A stretch of 63,859 nt of DNA, counting the filler, from Bigelowiella natans CCMP2755 (taxonomy: Eukaryota; Protista; Cercozoa): the NCBI GenBank assembly GCA_000320545.1. It is 9 parts of 9 records of this genome, joined end to end, with 100 filler letters (N's around TTAATTAATTAA, not from the genome) between each part and the next. Parts side by side here need not be neighbours in the genome. Positions count along the whole stretch, not along the records: positions 23,629 to 29,466 come from ADNK01002598.1; positions 29,567 to 35,626 come from ADNK01001488.1; positions 35,727 to 42,031 come from ADNK01003580.1; positions 42,132 to 56,588 come from ADNK01001059.1; 5 more parts are not named here. The stretch is one strand, 5' to 3'. Shown here in pieces: positions 27,137-45,339 of the stretch. The notes beneath the pieces were generated by a model. That model made no database searches, was not told where the DNA came from, and was given only the letters and a program-made list of their open reading frames with translations. Position 1 is the stretch's first letter; each line of letters starts with the position of its first letter. The translations under genes were made by a program, and so were the position numbers.

Positions 27137-28176
27137 CACACACACACACGAATTCCTGCTCATCGATGGCTGTGTTTCCAACAGTCGCACCTGGGAGAAC
27201 GCGATATACTTACTCGAAACGATGAAAGACCGGTAATTAATAGAACGTCACAAACGCCTTTTCGGGTGATGTGTATCCCTCGAGTTTATTCACTTACCAC
27301 TCTCCATTCTCAGCCCAGCGCGCGCGTTTTTTCTTACACAAACTCGATAAATGCTACAATTTTGATGATGATGCTGGTGATGGTTACGACGACGATGATG
27401 AAGTGCCAACCTTGCAAAACCACACACACTATGTGATTTGTTCTATGCGCACTTGTTTTACACCACATCATAGGAACATCAGCAGGGACGTGGCCACGAT
27501 GCGTGCCTTATTTCCGTAAGTCAAGACAACAAACAACGACGACGACGACGGGGCATCATGAGTCGCCAACACACATGCATACACGCATGTATGAATGCAT
27601 AGATATATGAATCGATGAGAGGAAGGATTTTCGACTTACTACTACTAGTAGTAGTAGTAATAGTAGTAGTAGTTACTAGTAGTAGTAGTAGTAGCAGGAT
27701 CAACATCATTTTTCCATCAAACTGAGAGTAGTGATGCCGGTGAGAGGTGGTGCGCTGCGACACCTCATGGGCCATTTGCTCTTTGAGGAGAAGTCCTCAG
27801 CAAATCATTTCGAGGCCTGAAGCGTGCACAACATCATCAAACCGTGGCGATAATGACGATGATGGTGATGATGATGATGGTGATGATGATGATGATAGCT
27901 TCGTTCGTTGTGCAGCAAATGCAGAGATCGAAGTTCTGAGCTGCTCTGCCAACTGATGCATGTCCGTCTTCCCTGTGCTAAACAACAACTGATCAGCACC
28001 AAGCAGCAGCAGCAGGAGGAGGAGGAGGAGGGGGGGGGACGGGGGATTGATGATTTCGATGATGGAGAGTTGTCCATGATGGAAAAGCTTCTGGACTATA
28101 CTATTAACGAAGGTGGTGAGATTGTGATGATGTGTGCACTACAACTCGTCGGTCGCTCTTCTTTTTAGATAAGATA

Positions 28177-28251
<75 letters not shown>

Positions 28252-28306
28252 CTTTGTGAGTGTTTATGCCTGGGTGCATTTCCTTTCCCGCCGCTTTTAC
28301 TCTTCT

Positions 28307-28338
<32 letters not shown>

Positions 28339-29064
28339 TTCTTCTTCAATATTTACACGTGTCTGCACATATAATGCGATGCTCTGAGGAAGCTCGAAAA
28401 CAAAACAGCATGATCATCATTAGCAGCAGCAGCAGCATCTGGCTATCCTACCTGCAAGCATGCTGCAATATCGTCTGACTCTACACTCCTCCTCCCTCTG
28501 CTGCTGAGATGATCATTCATAATCACATATGAACATCGTGCCCCCCCTCCCCCTCCCCCTCCCCTTCTACCAAAAGGTTTAGAGATGGATAAAACGACTC
28601 TCCAAGGTACACAACTGCCACTACCGATAAAAGATACGACTCGCACGCTTGAGTATGATTAGAGGCCATATCTCCTCGATCACCTCTTCTGCTCTCCTGG
28701 GCGTCTTTCGATCTGCACAAGAAACATCGCCATTGCGAAGAAACACCGTCTCCCCCTCCCCCACCACCCCCGCTATTTGCGTGTGCGCGTGTGCACGCTT
28801 TGGTTTTGATTATTGTGGTGATGGAGACGTTTTGCGATGATTTGAAATGAATAGGGGTGTTACGTGCCTACCAGCGTAGTGGACTCTGGCAAAGGTCGTG
28901 ATGTTGTATGTATGCAGCAGCAACGTGGTGGTGATGGTGCCGGTGGTGGTTAGCCTTAGGATATCATGATGATGGTGAGCAATAGGCGAAGGCTTTTCCA
29001 AACGCGCACACTGGCGATAACACTATTACAATCGAAATATATCACGAAATCTGACACACGCGCG

Positions 29065-29103
<39 letters not shown>

Positions 29104-29200
29104 TAACACTAGCACGCTAATACCAAACAGTGCTTTGAGCTTCTTGCGGAAGTGCAAGAAGGCTGGCAATGACTACTTATCGCCAGCAGCACCAACGCTC
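23630..29200 (+). CDS. Pentatricopeptide repeat (PPR) protein, partial, multi-exon
   Basis: Repeated PPR motifs: DTFAYTAMISAAT|RCGRWEKAIAVFEEMQ; DEVAYNAAIFAFGVGKQPLRALEMLIRMQ; DRTSFNTVISACAK; DVFTYTAAFK; CVNALLDYLARRGQWESSLSLIEKI; DDFTFSSILK|GMNVGRAWQQALDML. Confidence 0.9.
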
Positions 29201-30042
29201 TCGAAAAGGCGCCGAGGAGATATGGCGCGTTCCATTCTCACCGACATCGCCGTTGGCCTTGTTGAAAGGTTCTCCCCCCCCCCAACCCCCCATAAATGAA
29301 TCGTAGCAATCCACCTGTAGGAATAGAATGCGACCTACTGGACAGGGGGTTACCTGAAATATGGGGGGGCTATTCCAAAGCTCCATGGCCTTTAGAAAAA
29401 AAAATACTTACGTGTCTCATTTTGTATGATGAATTCTTATATTTCTGAATACGAGTATAGGAATATNNNNNNNNNNNNNNNNNNNNNNNNNNNNNNNNNN
29501 NNNNNNNNNNTTAATTAATTAANNNNNNNNNNNNNNNNNNNNNNNNNNNNNNNNNNNNNNNNNNNNAGCATTCAGCAGTACTACTATCTTTTGATTCCAA
29601 AATTGTCGCTCATATTTTCACTATAATCGTATTAATGACCAATGGTGTTATGTGTGGTGGTGATGTTCCACAATTGTTCCCCCAACAAAGCGGAAGCCAA
29701 CCTTGGTATCATTTGTAGCGCAGATGGACCGAGAAAGTCGTAAGATAATAATAATATATATGATGAGTAATCTGATCCATAATGCAATGATGATGGTAAT
29801 AATGAGTAGATGAAAATCATATGAAGACGAATAGGTTTTCCACCAAACTTTCCAAAATCGACACTCATTCTAATTATTGAGCATTCATCCTAATTACTAC
29901 TCAATTCGATCACTAGGTGTTTTGCTACTTTCTCCTGACCTTCTCGGTGAGACCGATGAGTTGCTAGTGACCCCCCCCCCCCCCCTATCCAATGTTTTTA
30001 TTTTGTTTTTCCTCCGTCTATCAACCAAAATCTATGAAATGC

Positions 30043-30148
30043 ATCATCATCATCATCATCATCATCATCATTGTCATTATCATTGTCATTATCATCATCA
30101 TTATCATCACTATCATCATTATCATCATTATCATCATTATCATCATTA
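30043..30148. repeat. Degenerate (CAT/TAT)n microsatellite
   Basis: Seen directly. Confidence 0.9.
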
Positions 30149-30211
30149 TCGTCAGCAGTAGCATCCGCAGCGGCTAAGTTGTGTGGGGGTTAGTGAGCAG
30201 CAGCAACCAAC

Positions 30212-33529
<3,318 letters not shown>

Positions 33530-33951
33530 CGTAATTTTAGCGTTTCGAACAGATACAAATAATTCCAAATAGAAATATTTTTATGCGACAAATATCTTTG
33601 TATATTTGCAATTTTTAAAAACGAATTTCATGTGTATTTGGACTTCAATATTTAGGACGGCATCGATACTACGATTTATTCTCGTACATAACTTGCCCAG
33701 AAATTGAAATGAATAATCAGACTTTTCCATTTGGTATTTTACATACGGCATGCATTATCTGTTGTCGTCTTAATAAAAACCTCACAATCTTCTGTCGCAG
33801 TTTGTTTGCCCTAGTTACGTGTTGCCGGAAAGCTCCATATTCTTTATATTTGATAAAAGTTTTAAGTCGCATTAATAATTCACCTTTGTTTTATCTAAGA
33901 ATGAAAATGCATAAGAAATTTATAAGTCTTATTTGATCACAATCGATCATC

Positions 33952-35307
<1,356 letters not shown>

Positions 35308-35759
35308 GTGACAAGCCGTACAGCATTCCTATATGCTTCAGAATAAAACTGAGGGTGCTCTGGTTGATTTGATTTCTTTCGGACGAGACCAAAGATCCGT
35401 TGGAAATAGTTGCCGATTCCCCACATTTATGATGGGACAATTCCGTTCAAAAGCAAGCGCCGCGCGGGGGTGGGGGAAGATCATCTCCCATTCTTCAAAC
35501 CAGCAAACCCTCGGATGGTATGAGCCAACAAGTTGTGTGGCTGAGATTTTTACATTCAGACACTTGTTACTGCACAACCACAGCTATCGCAGGGGCCCCT
35601 GACCTAGGGAGCAGCGCTTTACCTCCNNNNNNNNNNNNNNNNNNNNNNNNNNNNNNNNNNNNNNNNNNNNTTAATTAATTAANNNNNNNNNNNNNNNNNN
35701 NNNNNNNNNNNNNNNNNNNNNNNNNNCCCCCCCCCCCCCCCTCTCTTTCTCTGGCTTAG

Positions 35760-36033
35760 GTGGTGGTGATGGACCTTGAGGGGCTCTCATACGCTCCAGA
35801 TTCGCAGGTCCGGTATTCAATCGAATACCATGCATTCTCAATCCCTCCCTCCCCCCCTTCCCCAGTGTATATATGAACACTCACGGCGCACGCGCACAAA
35901 CGCTCTTGCTGCAACCCAAAGCAACAATGCATATGCAAATCATCATCAAATCAACCGTGCACAGGGAATCTCCATCTTCCGCTCGTGTATGAAGATAGAT
36001 CAGAACTTCTATCCAGGTCAGTGGGGCTCTGCT

Positions 36034-36083
<50 letters not shown>

Positions 36084-36153
36084 GCTCTCTCTGCATGCGT
36101 GGAGATGTGTGATTTTTGTATGTTTGTACTTGTATTTGTATTTGACATTGTGC

Positions 36154-36194
<41 letters not shown>

Positions 36195-36281
36195 GCAGAG
36201 AGGCTTGGAGTGTGTTTCATCATCAATGCTCCTTGGCTATTCACTGGCGTCTGGGCAATGGTGATACGATATACATATATG

Positions 36282-36317
<36 letters not shown>

Positions 36318-37184
36318 CTGTAAATAATTTCACCATATAACAAAATAATAGCAATACGATCATAACAATGATGCTTCACTAGGGCCAACGAAGGAGGGGG
36401 TTGAGGGTAGGAGGCAGTGCGGGGAATGTCTCTCATGCGTGCTACCGAAGTTAGATCATCATTATTGCTTTCTCGTTATCTCCATCATCGCACGTCGTCT
36501 TCGTCGTCATCGTCATCGTCATCATCACCATCAAAGGTGCGACATTTCCTTGACCCAAAGACGCAGCGGAAATTCCGCATCATAGGAACTAGCTACCAGG
36601 ACGAGTTAAAAAAGGTACAAAGTGGGTAGGAAGACGGGGGGGGGGGGGAGGTAGGGGAGGGGGCGGGAAGAGTTACCGCTGTATGGGCGTGAGCTCTGGT
36701 TTATTGAGAATCGAAGGTAGAAGAAGATGATGAAAGCGATAAGGCCTAGGATCCAAGGCATTCATTCGCGCGCTGTTTCTGTTCGATTGCACCACTAGAA
36801 AGTACCTCTCCATATATTGCCCTCCTTTGCGTTCCCGCGAGCAGCGTAACATGTCGTTTAACACAGCAGTTTTGTTTGTTTTGTGTATTTTTTTTTAAAT
36901 TCGCGGCCGATGCCACCAGGTAATCGATGCAGACAATATTCTCGAGTGCTATGGAGGGAATCTGAAAGCGCCGGGAACGTTCACGTAATAGTAGATTATG
37001 TTGTTGTAATAGCAGCAGCGGCAGCAGCAGTAGCCAATGCTACCAAATGCCCAACATGTCATCGATAACCACACCTTGCCGTCAATCGCTCAGGGTCTAC
37101 AATGAGAAGGAGAAGGCAGAGATTTTGTCTTCGTTCGCGGAGAGTAAGGGCTCTTTGGCAAAGGATGAGAAAGACAAGCGGTAA
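35760..37184 (+). CDS. CRAL-TRIO (Sec14-like) lipid-binding protein, 3' part
   Basis: VVVMDLEGLSYAPDSQ|GISIFRSCMKIDQNFYP|ERLGVCFIINAPWLFTGVWAM|VRHFLDPKTQRKFRIIGTSYQDELKK|VIDADNILECYGG...DKR*. Confidence 0.92.
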
Positions 37185-38310
37185 CATTTAGCCAATGGGA
37201 TCAATGACTGCATCATGCTGCTACCTGCGTGCTGTCAAGGTCTGATTGTTCACATAATCGTCTTGAATATAGCAATTTATGTCGACGTAGTGCATGCGTG
37301 GAGGCCACGCCATGATGACTTTCATTGCTTTATTGTCCGTATCGTAGCGCCCTGCTAGCTAGCTAGCTAGCCTGCCCTTGCCCTATGTGCGATAACTGCT
37401 GCGCACGCACGTACTTGATGCTGTGAGATGCAACGCAAAAAAGCGACGCCATTGCCAATTTTCCCCAGTCGACACACGCTAGCACGCCTACTAGCTGCCG
37501 CAGCATTCTTCCTTCATGTTGATGCGGCTGCTATGGTGTGTGCATGCGGTGCACAGATGATTCGTTATTTGCTTGCGATGGCACTCGTTGTGCATTGTCC
37601 ATCACATGCAGCATGCGCACCGAATCGCAATCTTCACGCCGCCGCACACACAAGAGGACATAATTTTTTTGCTACGCAGTTTCGATGTTCCATGGGATGT
37701 CGTACGAAAAGTTCTGAAGCTTCATTGTTTTGTTTTTACTCATATCTACATTATTGTGCGATTCTACAATGCCACAGGCGATTTAATCCACCAGATTCAT
37801 CTAAGAGAAATCCATGGATGCTTGCGAGCCAGCGCAGCCACTAATAATATTGTACTGATTCTATTTAGTTTGTTTTCTTAATGCATCTAATTCTAAAATT
37901 AATCCCCTTATGAGGGCCGTAGCGGTCAAGAGAGAACTATTCCTATCCTTTCGTTCTTAAGATCAGAGGAGGAAAATAGAAAAGGAGGAAGGAGCAGAAT
38001 AGTGGGAAGCCACTACATCTTGTAGGGATGCTATCTTTACTTCTAACTTTGTTTGAATGATAATTTATATCTTTGTCCTAAAAATTCTAGAGGAGTGGAA
38101 CTTGTTCCGTCATCCTTAGACGATTGGGAATAATAAGAAATCGACCAGTTTTTACTTGTTGCTAAGTCGGGGGGCGTTCTATTGCCCCCCAGATTTAACT
38201 GACGACAGGAAATGGACATGAGAACACTGGAATGCTCATAGTAAAGGACGTTCTGCTGAGGAAAAAACGCGAGGGAAGAGGACGGGTGTGGCAATTCTTC
38301 AATGGCAATG

Positions 38311-38815
38311 CTAGCATCGTCGCTCCATCGTAGCCTTTACCGACAGTTTGTTCATCCTCACCACAATCGATGAGACATGCTCTCCGCCCTCGCTACGTGT
38401 TGTCGCCGCCGTGGTTCTTCTGCTTCTCATAAAAGATAGAATTGTCCCTGTAGACCCTGCCTTTGGCATCACCTCTTGCCCACTTCGTAAGCGTAGCTTT
38501 GCCTCACGGAAAGAGGAGGGCGTGTAGGTTATTTGACCCTGCTGCTGGTCGGACATCTCGCTATTCGAAACCTGCTGGAAGCGTAACAGGATAGAGGGGG
38601 AGGGAGGGGGAAAGAGAAAGTTTTTAAAAAAATGCACGTCTGATTGCAACAGTAACGAGCAGGAACTCTTTGCGTAAACCGCCAGTTCGTCTTTCCCACC
38701 CCTTCCTTCGACTATCTCTAGTTTGCTCGATCGTCGTATACGCACCTCCTCGTAAAGGGCTTTGGTCTTTGACGGCAAACTCCGAAAGCTTCTTCAGCGA
38801 GCGAAAGTCAGACAT
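38311..38815 (-). CDS. Possible short hypothetical protein
   Basis: Overlapping ORFs of complex sequence with a pyrimidine-rich AG acceptor near 38575. No motif recognised. Confidence 0.25.
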
Positions 38816-39548
38816 TAGAAACACAAGAAAATTGCTGTCGATTTAAATACGAGATCAATTTATGTATTCATTAAGCGCATATTCATTGTCGTTTAAATAA
38901 TTTTCAGACTTCTCACTTCTCGCATTGCCGCTCTGGAAGCCGAGAAATGAAACCTACGTGCGACAACATGTCTAAAGATATCGCACGTACATAATTACAT
39001 ATATTTTATAATTACGACATGACTTCACGGGAATTTTTCCTTGTGGCCGGAGATTTGGGTGCCGAGAAGGGATCCATCATGCGTTCGCGGAAAAAGCGGT
39101 TAGGAGACTTGTTTCAAAATTTCGTGATTCGTTACGCGCTGTAGCGGAATGTCGCAACTCAATTTAGAAGGGGTTCTATCTAAGCTCCAACGGCCAGCTT
39201 CTCCCCTCGTACTCTCCAAGAGTTTGAGTGTCGCAGATTAAAAACGCATTGTATTGATTTCAGCACTAGACTACCGGTACTACCGCATACCGTTCTTATG
39301 TGGATGTGGAAGTTACACGCTTTTTAAATGTTCAGTGCAGTGCAATAGTGGTGGGCAATCGCTTCTGCGACAAGCAAATATGGTACATTAGTACATTCAA
39401 CAGTGGAGAAAAACTCCGTGTGTGTTGGACAATTACGGGGGTTGAATGTTACTTTTCAATGTAGGCAATTAATTCATACCGACAATTTTTCATTATTGTC
39501 GCAATACAAAATAAGATCAAGTCCGAACTCCAGAATTGAACTGACAAA

Positions 39549-40358
39549 ATGGAGGGGGGGTTCTTCATGGCCTCTGGCCATGGCGGGGTCCCAGGTGCGG
39601 ATGCGCACTCGACGCAGCTCTCGAGGATAAAGAAAGAAATATCGAAAGCAGAGAGACTGTTATCCGGTGCCAGTAGCATGGATTCTTGCAGTTCGGAATC
39701 AACTTGCGACACTGTTCCTATGCCGCGCGAGCAGAATAACTTTCTCATGGGCAAAAGGAAAAGAGATCCCGATTCATTGTGGGATGAGCTTGACGAGTAT
39801 GAGGTCCCACTGGAACAAATTCATGCCAATCGAGGAGGGAATGATTATAAACAGGAACCCGATGTCGACATGGAGATGTGTTGCATCTCGAGGTCGATGC
39901 GGGAATTATCGGAGTATCGCCAGAATCGTGACGCAAATACTGAGAAAATGTGCTGGATTTCCAAACAATCCGTTCAGGAAATATCCAAAAATTTAAACTC
40001 TTCGGAGCAAGATGTTGGAATTCCAATGGACTCGCAGAAATTTGCTCAGCATCTTGGGATTACTGTTTTTGAACAGGGAGATCGCCTATTTTCCGATGTA
40101 GTCGGTGCTTGTACCAGAAAATCAATAGGGTCTACTGTTGACGAAAAGAATGTCTTGAAAACAGAAGAGAAGCGGATCACTCAGCGTGGAGCTGTCGACT
40201 ATTGTGAGGAGGAAGAGGATTCAATTTTCTTCCTAAAAGAAAGTTGTCCTGCAGATATCTTTCTTGAGTCATATGACCATGGACAAGTAGTCACACCAGG
40301 GCCTACCTTTCTACCTTCCAACCTCCCTATGATTGCCGAAAATGCAACGGTATCATGA
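39549..40358 (+). CDS. Intronless 269-aa acidic hypothetical protein
   Basis: Long clean ORF with a basic NLS-like motif (GKRKRD). No domain recognised. Confidence 0.7.
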   Translation: MEGGFFMASGHGGVPGADAHSTQLSRIKKEISKAERLLSGASSMDSCSSESTCDTVPMPREQNNFLMGKRKRDPDSLWDELDEYEVPLEQIHANRGGNDYKQEPDVDMEMCCISRSMRELSEYRQNRDANTEKMCWISKQSVQEISKNLNSSEQDVGIPMDSQKFAQHLGITVFEQGDRLFSDVVGACTRKSIGSTVDEKNVLKTEEKRITQRGAVDYCEEEEDSIFFLKESCPADIFLESYDHGQVVTPGPTFLPSNLPMIAENATVS

Positions 40359-41018
40359 GTTGACAGATTTGTTCTTCCACAGCATTACACCTTTGTTCAG
40401 TAGCTTGCAGTTTCTCGAAACAGCAACAAGACAGACCTCCGCAGACTGCTCCATCACTTCAATGAGATAGACCTAGTAGACGGCCAAGTGCTCAGGCAAA
40501 GATGACACGATCATCCCGCAATGAAGCAAATCTCGCCAGCTAGCTCGAGATACGATGCGACACGTACACATGTGCTAACTGCATTGTGAACGTCGAATCG
40601 AAAAAAAAAATCCACATCTAGATCTCATGTTAGCATGGATAGATGGCCATCACACAACTGACATGCTTGCTAGATGGCATCGTACTCATTTCACAGCTCC
40701 TTGCACGGCTGAGCGCACACGCGCGATGATTCGCGTTTCGCTCAATTGCATATGTGTGCCACGCACGTACTTCGCGCGGTTGTTACAATTGATCATTCAT
40801 TCGCGACGTAGCGCGTAACTTGTCTGATTGCACAACAGCAAAAGGATGTGCTTTAGGTGCTGCCTATCCGTCACAGGTAGAGCACTCCTCGTCTCCTCGT
40901 TGACGCAATTACAGCAACAATCTGCCTTCTAGCCTTCGCCGCCCTTGTGCGCACACGATAGCGATGATCGACAGCTACGCGTGGACAACGGTAGAACGAG
41001 CTCAGCAGGTCGTCAACA

Positions 41019-41777
41019 TCAATCTGACCAGTCGGAGTCCTCCTGACATACACACAGCAGGATCGAAAGGGAAAGAGGAGTGCTCAGACGCACGAGCCTT
41101 GCTGCGTGGCTCACGGAATTGCACATGCTCTCATGATGGAATAAGCACGATATGGCCGACAATTCAAAACCACATTGGGCTTTTTGTCTCGCGTCGCACC
41201 GATGAATCATCACCTGATCTTCTCCTTGAGCGTCCCAGGGGTTGCTGTTTGTGTCCATTAGCTGAGCAAGCTGCTTGAAGTGCTGCCGCACCTAGGATGG
41301 CCGATAGGAAAGAGAACGATGCGCCAATTAATCAATCATCGGGCAAATGTGCTAGATCGCCGAATATGCAATAAATAGCACGGTGTAGCGCTCGCCAAGA
41401 CCGGCGAGCAATCCTCGATTTCCCCACGGCAAAATTAACCGCAAGAAATTCATTTCTGCATGCTTCTGATTGTTTAAAACCGTGCCCCCCCCCCCCCCCC
41501 CCCCTCCCCCCTGCCCAGCCCAATCGAGTTTCCAAATCACCTCGCCATCGCTCTCATGGCCGAGAAATCCCTTCGCTTTGGGCGCCTTTGCTTCTTCCTT
41601 GCGTTGTTGATATCTGATAACGCCGACACACAGAACAACGAGAGAGGAGCAATGGGAGATGATGAGTTGGGTGGTGGCTCGTGCGGTGTGTGCTTGTTTT
41701 TTGCGAGTATTGCCGCTCTCACTTCATTTGGCGCTCGGTGAGTTTCTCCTCCGGGGCCTCCGACAACGGTACCATCC
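41019..41777 (-). CDS. 3' end of a multi-exon gene with an acidic Trp tail (possible WASP/SCAR-type Arp2/3 activator)
   Basis: MVPLSEAPEEKLTERQM|KYQQRKEEAKAPKAKGFLGHESDGE|VRQHFKQLAQLMDTNSNPWDAQGEDQ|EDSDWSD*, with phase-consistent GT-AG introns. Confidence 0.55.
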
Positions 41778-41834
41778 CTTTGTTTGCGGTTGGAGAACAT
41801 AAGGCGACGATGCAACAATAACAACGAGCGCGCG

Positions 41835-41906
<72 letters not shown>

Positions 41907-42559
41907 CGAGCGCAAAAAACACCTGCTTCTCCGTACTAAATCGAAAGTGCAATGTGTGAAATCATACGTTCTCCATAGCATGTGGGCGGCCAAATACGCA
42001 AAACTACCATAACCACCACCAGCACCACTACNNNNNNNNNNNNNNNNNNNNNNNNNNNNNNNNNNNNNNNNNNNNTTAATTAATTAANNNNNNNNNNNNN
42101 NNNNNNNNNNNNNNNNNNNNNNNNNNNNNNNAATATAGAGGACGACGACTTGAGCTCTTATTTTGAAGCCGGTCCACGCACTATGGGACAAACAATACCT
42201 ACCTACCTCCATAAAGAAAGACGAGAATGCGGCTACGTCTGGATCGCTACTACTCACACCAGCATAAAGCTCTTCGGCCCTGCAAAAGGAGGAGGAGGAG
42301 GAGGAGGAGGAGGAGGAAGAGGAGGAGAAGGAATATTAAACATTTTAAAAACAACAAGAACATCCATGCTACTTCCAAACGGCAAAGAAGCGACATCTTT
42401 TTGCATCAAACACGGTCACAATCTGTACTCAGCAACGGAGGCGACCACCATTCCCAACCCCCCCTGCCCCCCTTCCGCTAAAACGTAACAAAAACAGGTC
42501 ATAGAGTATTCTGTGTAAAGCTTTGTTGTGGTGTTAAATTTTCTACGAATCCATATATT

Positions 42560-42598
<39 letters not shown>

Positions 42599-42689
42599 TA
42601 AATTATATATTATAGTTGGAGTAACACGAGGCTAACAATAGGGAAAAGACCGAAGAAATTTACATAGACGCCACCATTATCAATCTCAC

Positions 42690-44040
42690 CACCACCTCCT
42701 CCCTCATCGCCTCATACGACCTGTTACTGACGGCTGTGCTGTTGAGGAGAGGGCAGGAAGACACGTTCGAAGTCCCATAGAAAACGTGGGATATGGTGAC
42801 TGAAAGAGAGAGAGAGAGGTGCATCCATGATGATGATGGTGATGATGTTGTTGCTATCAACTAGTCACGTTCATCAGCATGAATAGCAGAATTCAGTACT
42901 GACGATTTTCTTCCCCCCGTCCTTCGTCACTTCGTCTCCCCATTCTTATTTCCCTCCTATCTTCTTGTTCTTCGTCACCATCGTCACCATCGTTATTATC
43001 GTCGTCGTCGTCGTCATCATCATCATCATCATCATCCTACATGTCGGCTCTGCGCAAGATGAGCTTTGCAGGAGGCAGAAGTCGGTGTAGTCGCTACATC
43101 AAGAAAGAAAAAGATATCGTGATTAGCATTGGCTGGTGGGGACGGACGGGAAGACGGATAGCGGCGATCCGTATTCTCAGATCGAAGAAAAATGGCGGTC
43201 TCATTGTTTTTGCTTCATCTCGGCTAATGATGATAGTAGCGGCAAGCGAGTTGAAGCTCTCTTACTACCTTCCAGTGAGGAAGATCTGCTCGGTCTCGCA
43301 CATAGATTGCACGTTTTTGGCGTTGAAGATGTCACCGCTGATCGATAATCAATGGGATGATGACGTTGCAATAAGCGAATTGGAGTTTGGCCGCAGCAGG
43401 CAGCGGAGCGAGTAACATTGCACGTCCTACAGAGTACTACTTCTAACTACTACTACTACTACTACTGCTACTACTACTCTGATACCCTCCCCATTCGAAT
43501 GTCATCCAGAAGCGTGCCCTCGACGAGTCGGTTCCGCGAGTCAGGGTGAACCCCTGAGAGGCTCTGTCAACGACCCGAATTACATTAGATGGTGGTAGTA
43601 GTAGGAGTAGGAGTAGGAGGAGAAGTAGGAGGAGGAGGAGGAGTGAGCGACATCAGCTGTTTGACTGTGAGCATGACCGTGTAGAGTCATGATTATGCTA
43701 GGAGGAAGTGCACTTCACGACACAAGATAAAGCCCGAAGCACACGTTGATTTTTACAAAAAGTGAAAGTTAATACCTGTTCTCAGCATCATTCACCGCCT
43801 CGTTGTCCAGGGAAGCGCGGCCATTTGGCACCACCTGTTTGTTAAGTTAAGGAGAGAGTTTGAGGATCGCCATTATGCAGGATGATGACAGCAAAGTGCT
43901 GGGTATTGAAGGAATTTATTAAACCGTTTCTACTTTTACTTCTACTATTACAACGAATCCTGCTCCCCACCCAATCAAAGATAGTTGGATCGACAAATGT
44001 AAAAGAGCCTCCTGCCATTCCAGAAACGGTGATTCTGTAG
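42690..44040 (-). CDS. Multi-exon hypothetical protein, 5' part (uncertain)
   Basis: Exon-like blocks MAGGSFTFVDPTIFDW|VVPNGRASLDNEA..., GDIFNAKNVQSMCETEQIFLTG and ISHVFYGTSNVSSCPLLNSTAVSNRSYEAMREE. Confidence 0.35.
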
Positions 44041-44959
44041 GAGCACATACACGGAGCGATAGATGAGTCCACTAAGTTGATACCTAGTGACGATGACGCT
44101 GATAGGAATTCAAATAGTAATTTATCCAAAATTTGATATCAATATTCTCTCTTCATAGAATAAAAATCAGTCCGAATTACAATACGAGGATGAGCAGAAT
44201 GCCCGTCATCACGGAAACCGGGAAGTGAACCTGATCAGGCACAGTATGTCATTGCGATGATGGTGTGCGGTAATAACATCTAAATGTGGACTGGTTAATG
44301 TCTAGTAGATTATGGGACATGTAAGACGCTGAGTACATATGCTGCCATGTGAGGTGTATGAGGATATAGGTAGTCCTGCTTAATTTATTGTGAAAATCTA
44401 CGAACACAAGTTAAAGCTCTCTCCTCCAACTCCTTTTTACCATCAAACGAGAAAGACATCCGACGCAAGAATGCACTGGGTGGCAACCCCGCTTGTGTGG
44501 AGGGGTCGATACGACGATGCGCCCCTAGTGAAACAAAGGCATGTAAAGCATTATGTAAGCATTCACAGAGTCATCATTGTTTCACGTACAATGCTGTGAC
44601 GACGTAGCAGAATCGGATGAGGCACGTGATCCACGCTACCACCATCACCAGGGTTGATATTTTGCGCTTCCGCAGGGCCGCTAACGGTGGGGTGCTCCTT
44701 CATCTCGGTCGCCATCGTCGTTGTATGTAGCTCTTCCCAACTTCGAAAGGATCGCGGAATCAAATCCGCATGCGATTCTGGCTAAAATTAGAAGGTAATT
44801 CCGAAGTGCGACTCAAACTTTTGATCGCAATCGGAGTGAGCACGGGCACCACGCTGCTTCGTTTGGCTGTTCTTTTCTTCGTTCCGTGGCAATTGTAAAA
44901 CCGTCGATCATTTGGTCCCTGCGACATGGAGATGTTTCCAAAAATGCTAGTACAAACGA

Positions 44960-45301
44960 GGACAATCGGTATTGTCAAGGTCTTCCAACAACGTGCTGCT
45001 CGCCAGCTTTGATGCTCTCCTAGGAACCCGGCAGCATGCTTGTCGCAGCAAGGCAGGGCAACAGAAGCGCTGCACAATGTGTCTGTCCACTAAAATGGCC
45101 ACTGGCATCAATGATCGATGAGAAAATGTCATTTCCGACAGCAACACTCACCAATGCACCGCCCCAAACTAGCAAAGCACAAACGTTGGTAGGAGGGACT
45201 CTCACCATTCGAGTCAGTGTTGCACGTCCCTGGGTCTCATGCATGCGCATGTTGTTTCCATTTGTGTGCAGACATGTCCGTGGATGCACGCGTGTGCGTG
45301 C

Positions 45302-45339
<38 letters not shown>

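Noticed and set aside
29700-29965. Possible further glutathione reductase exons (QLIGLTEK; ICATNDTK)
   Set aside because: Phase and expected sequence do not follow the last confident exon, and one lacks an AG acceptor. A misassembly at the (CAT)n tract is possible but unproven.
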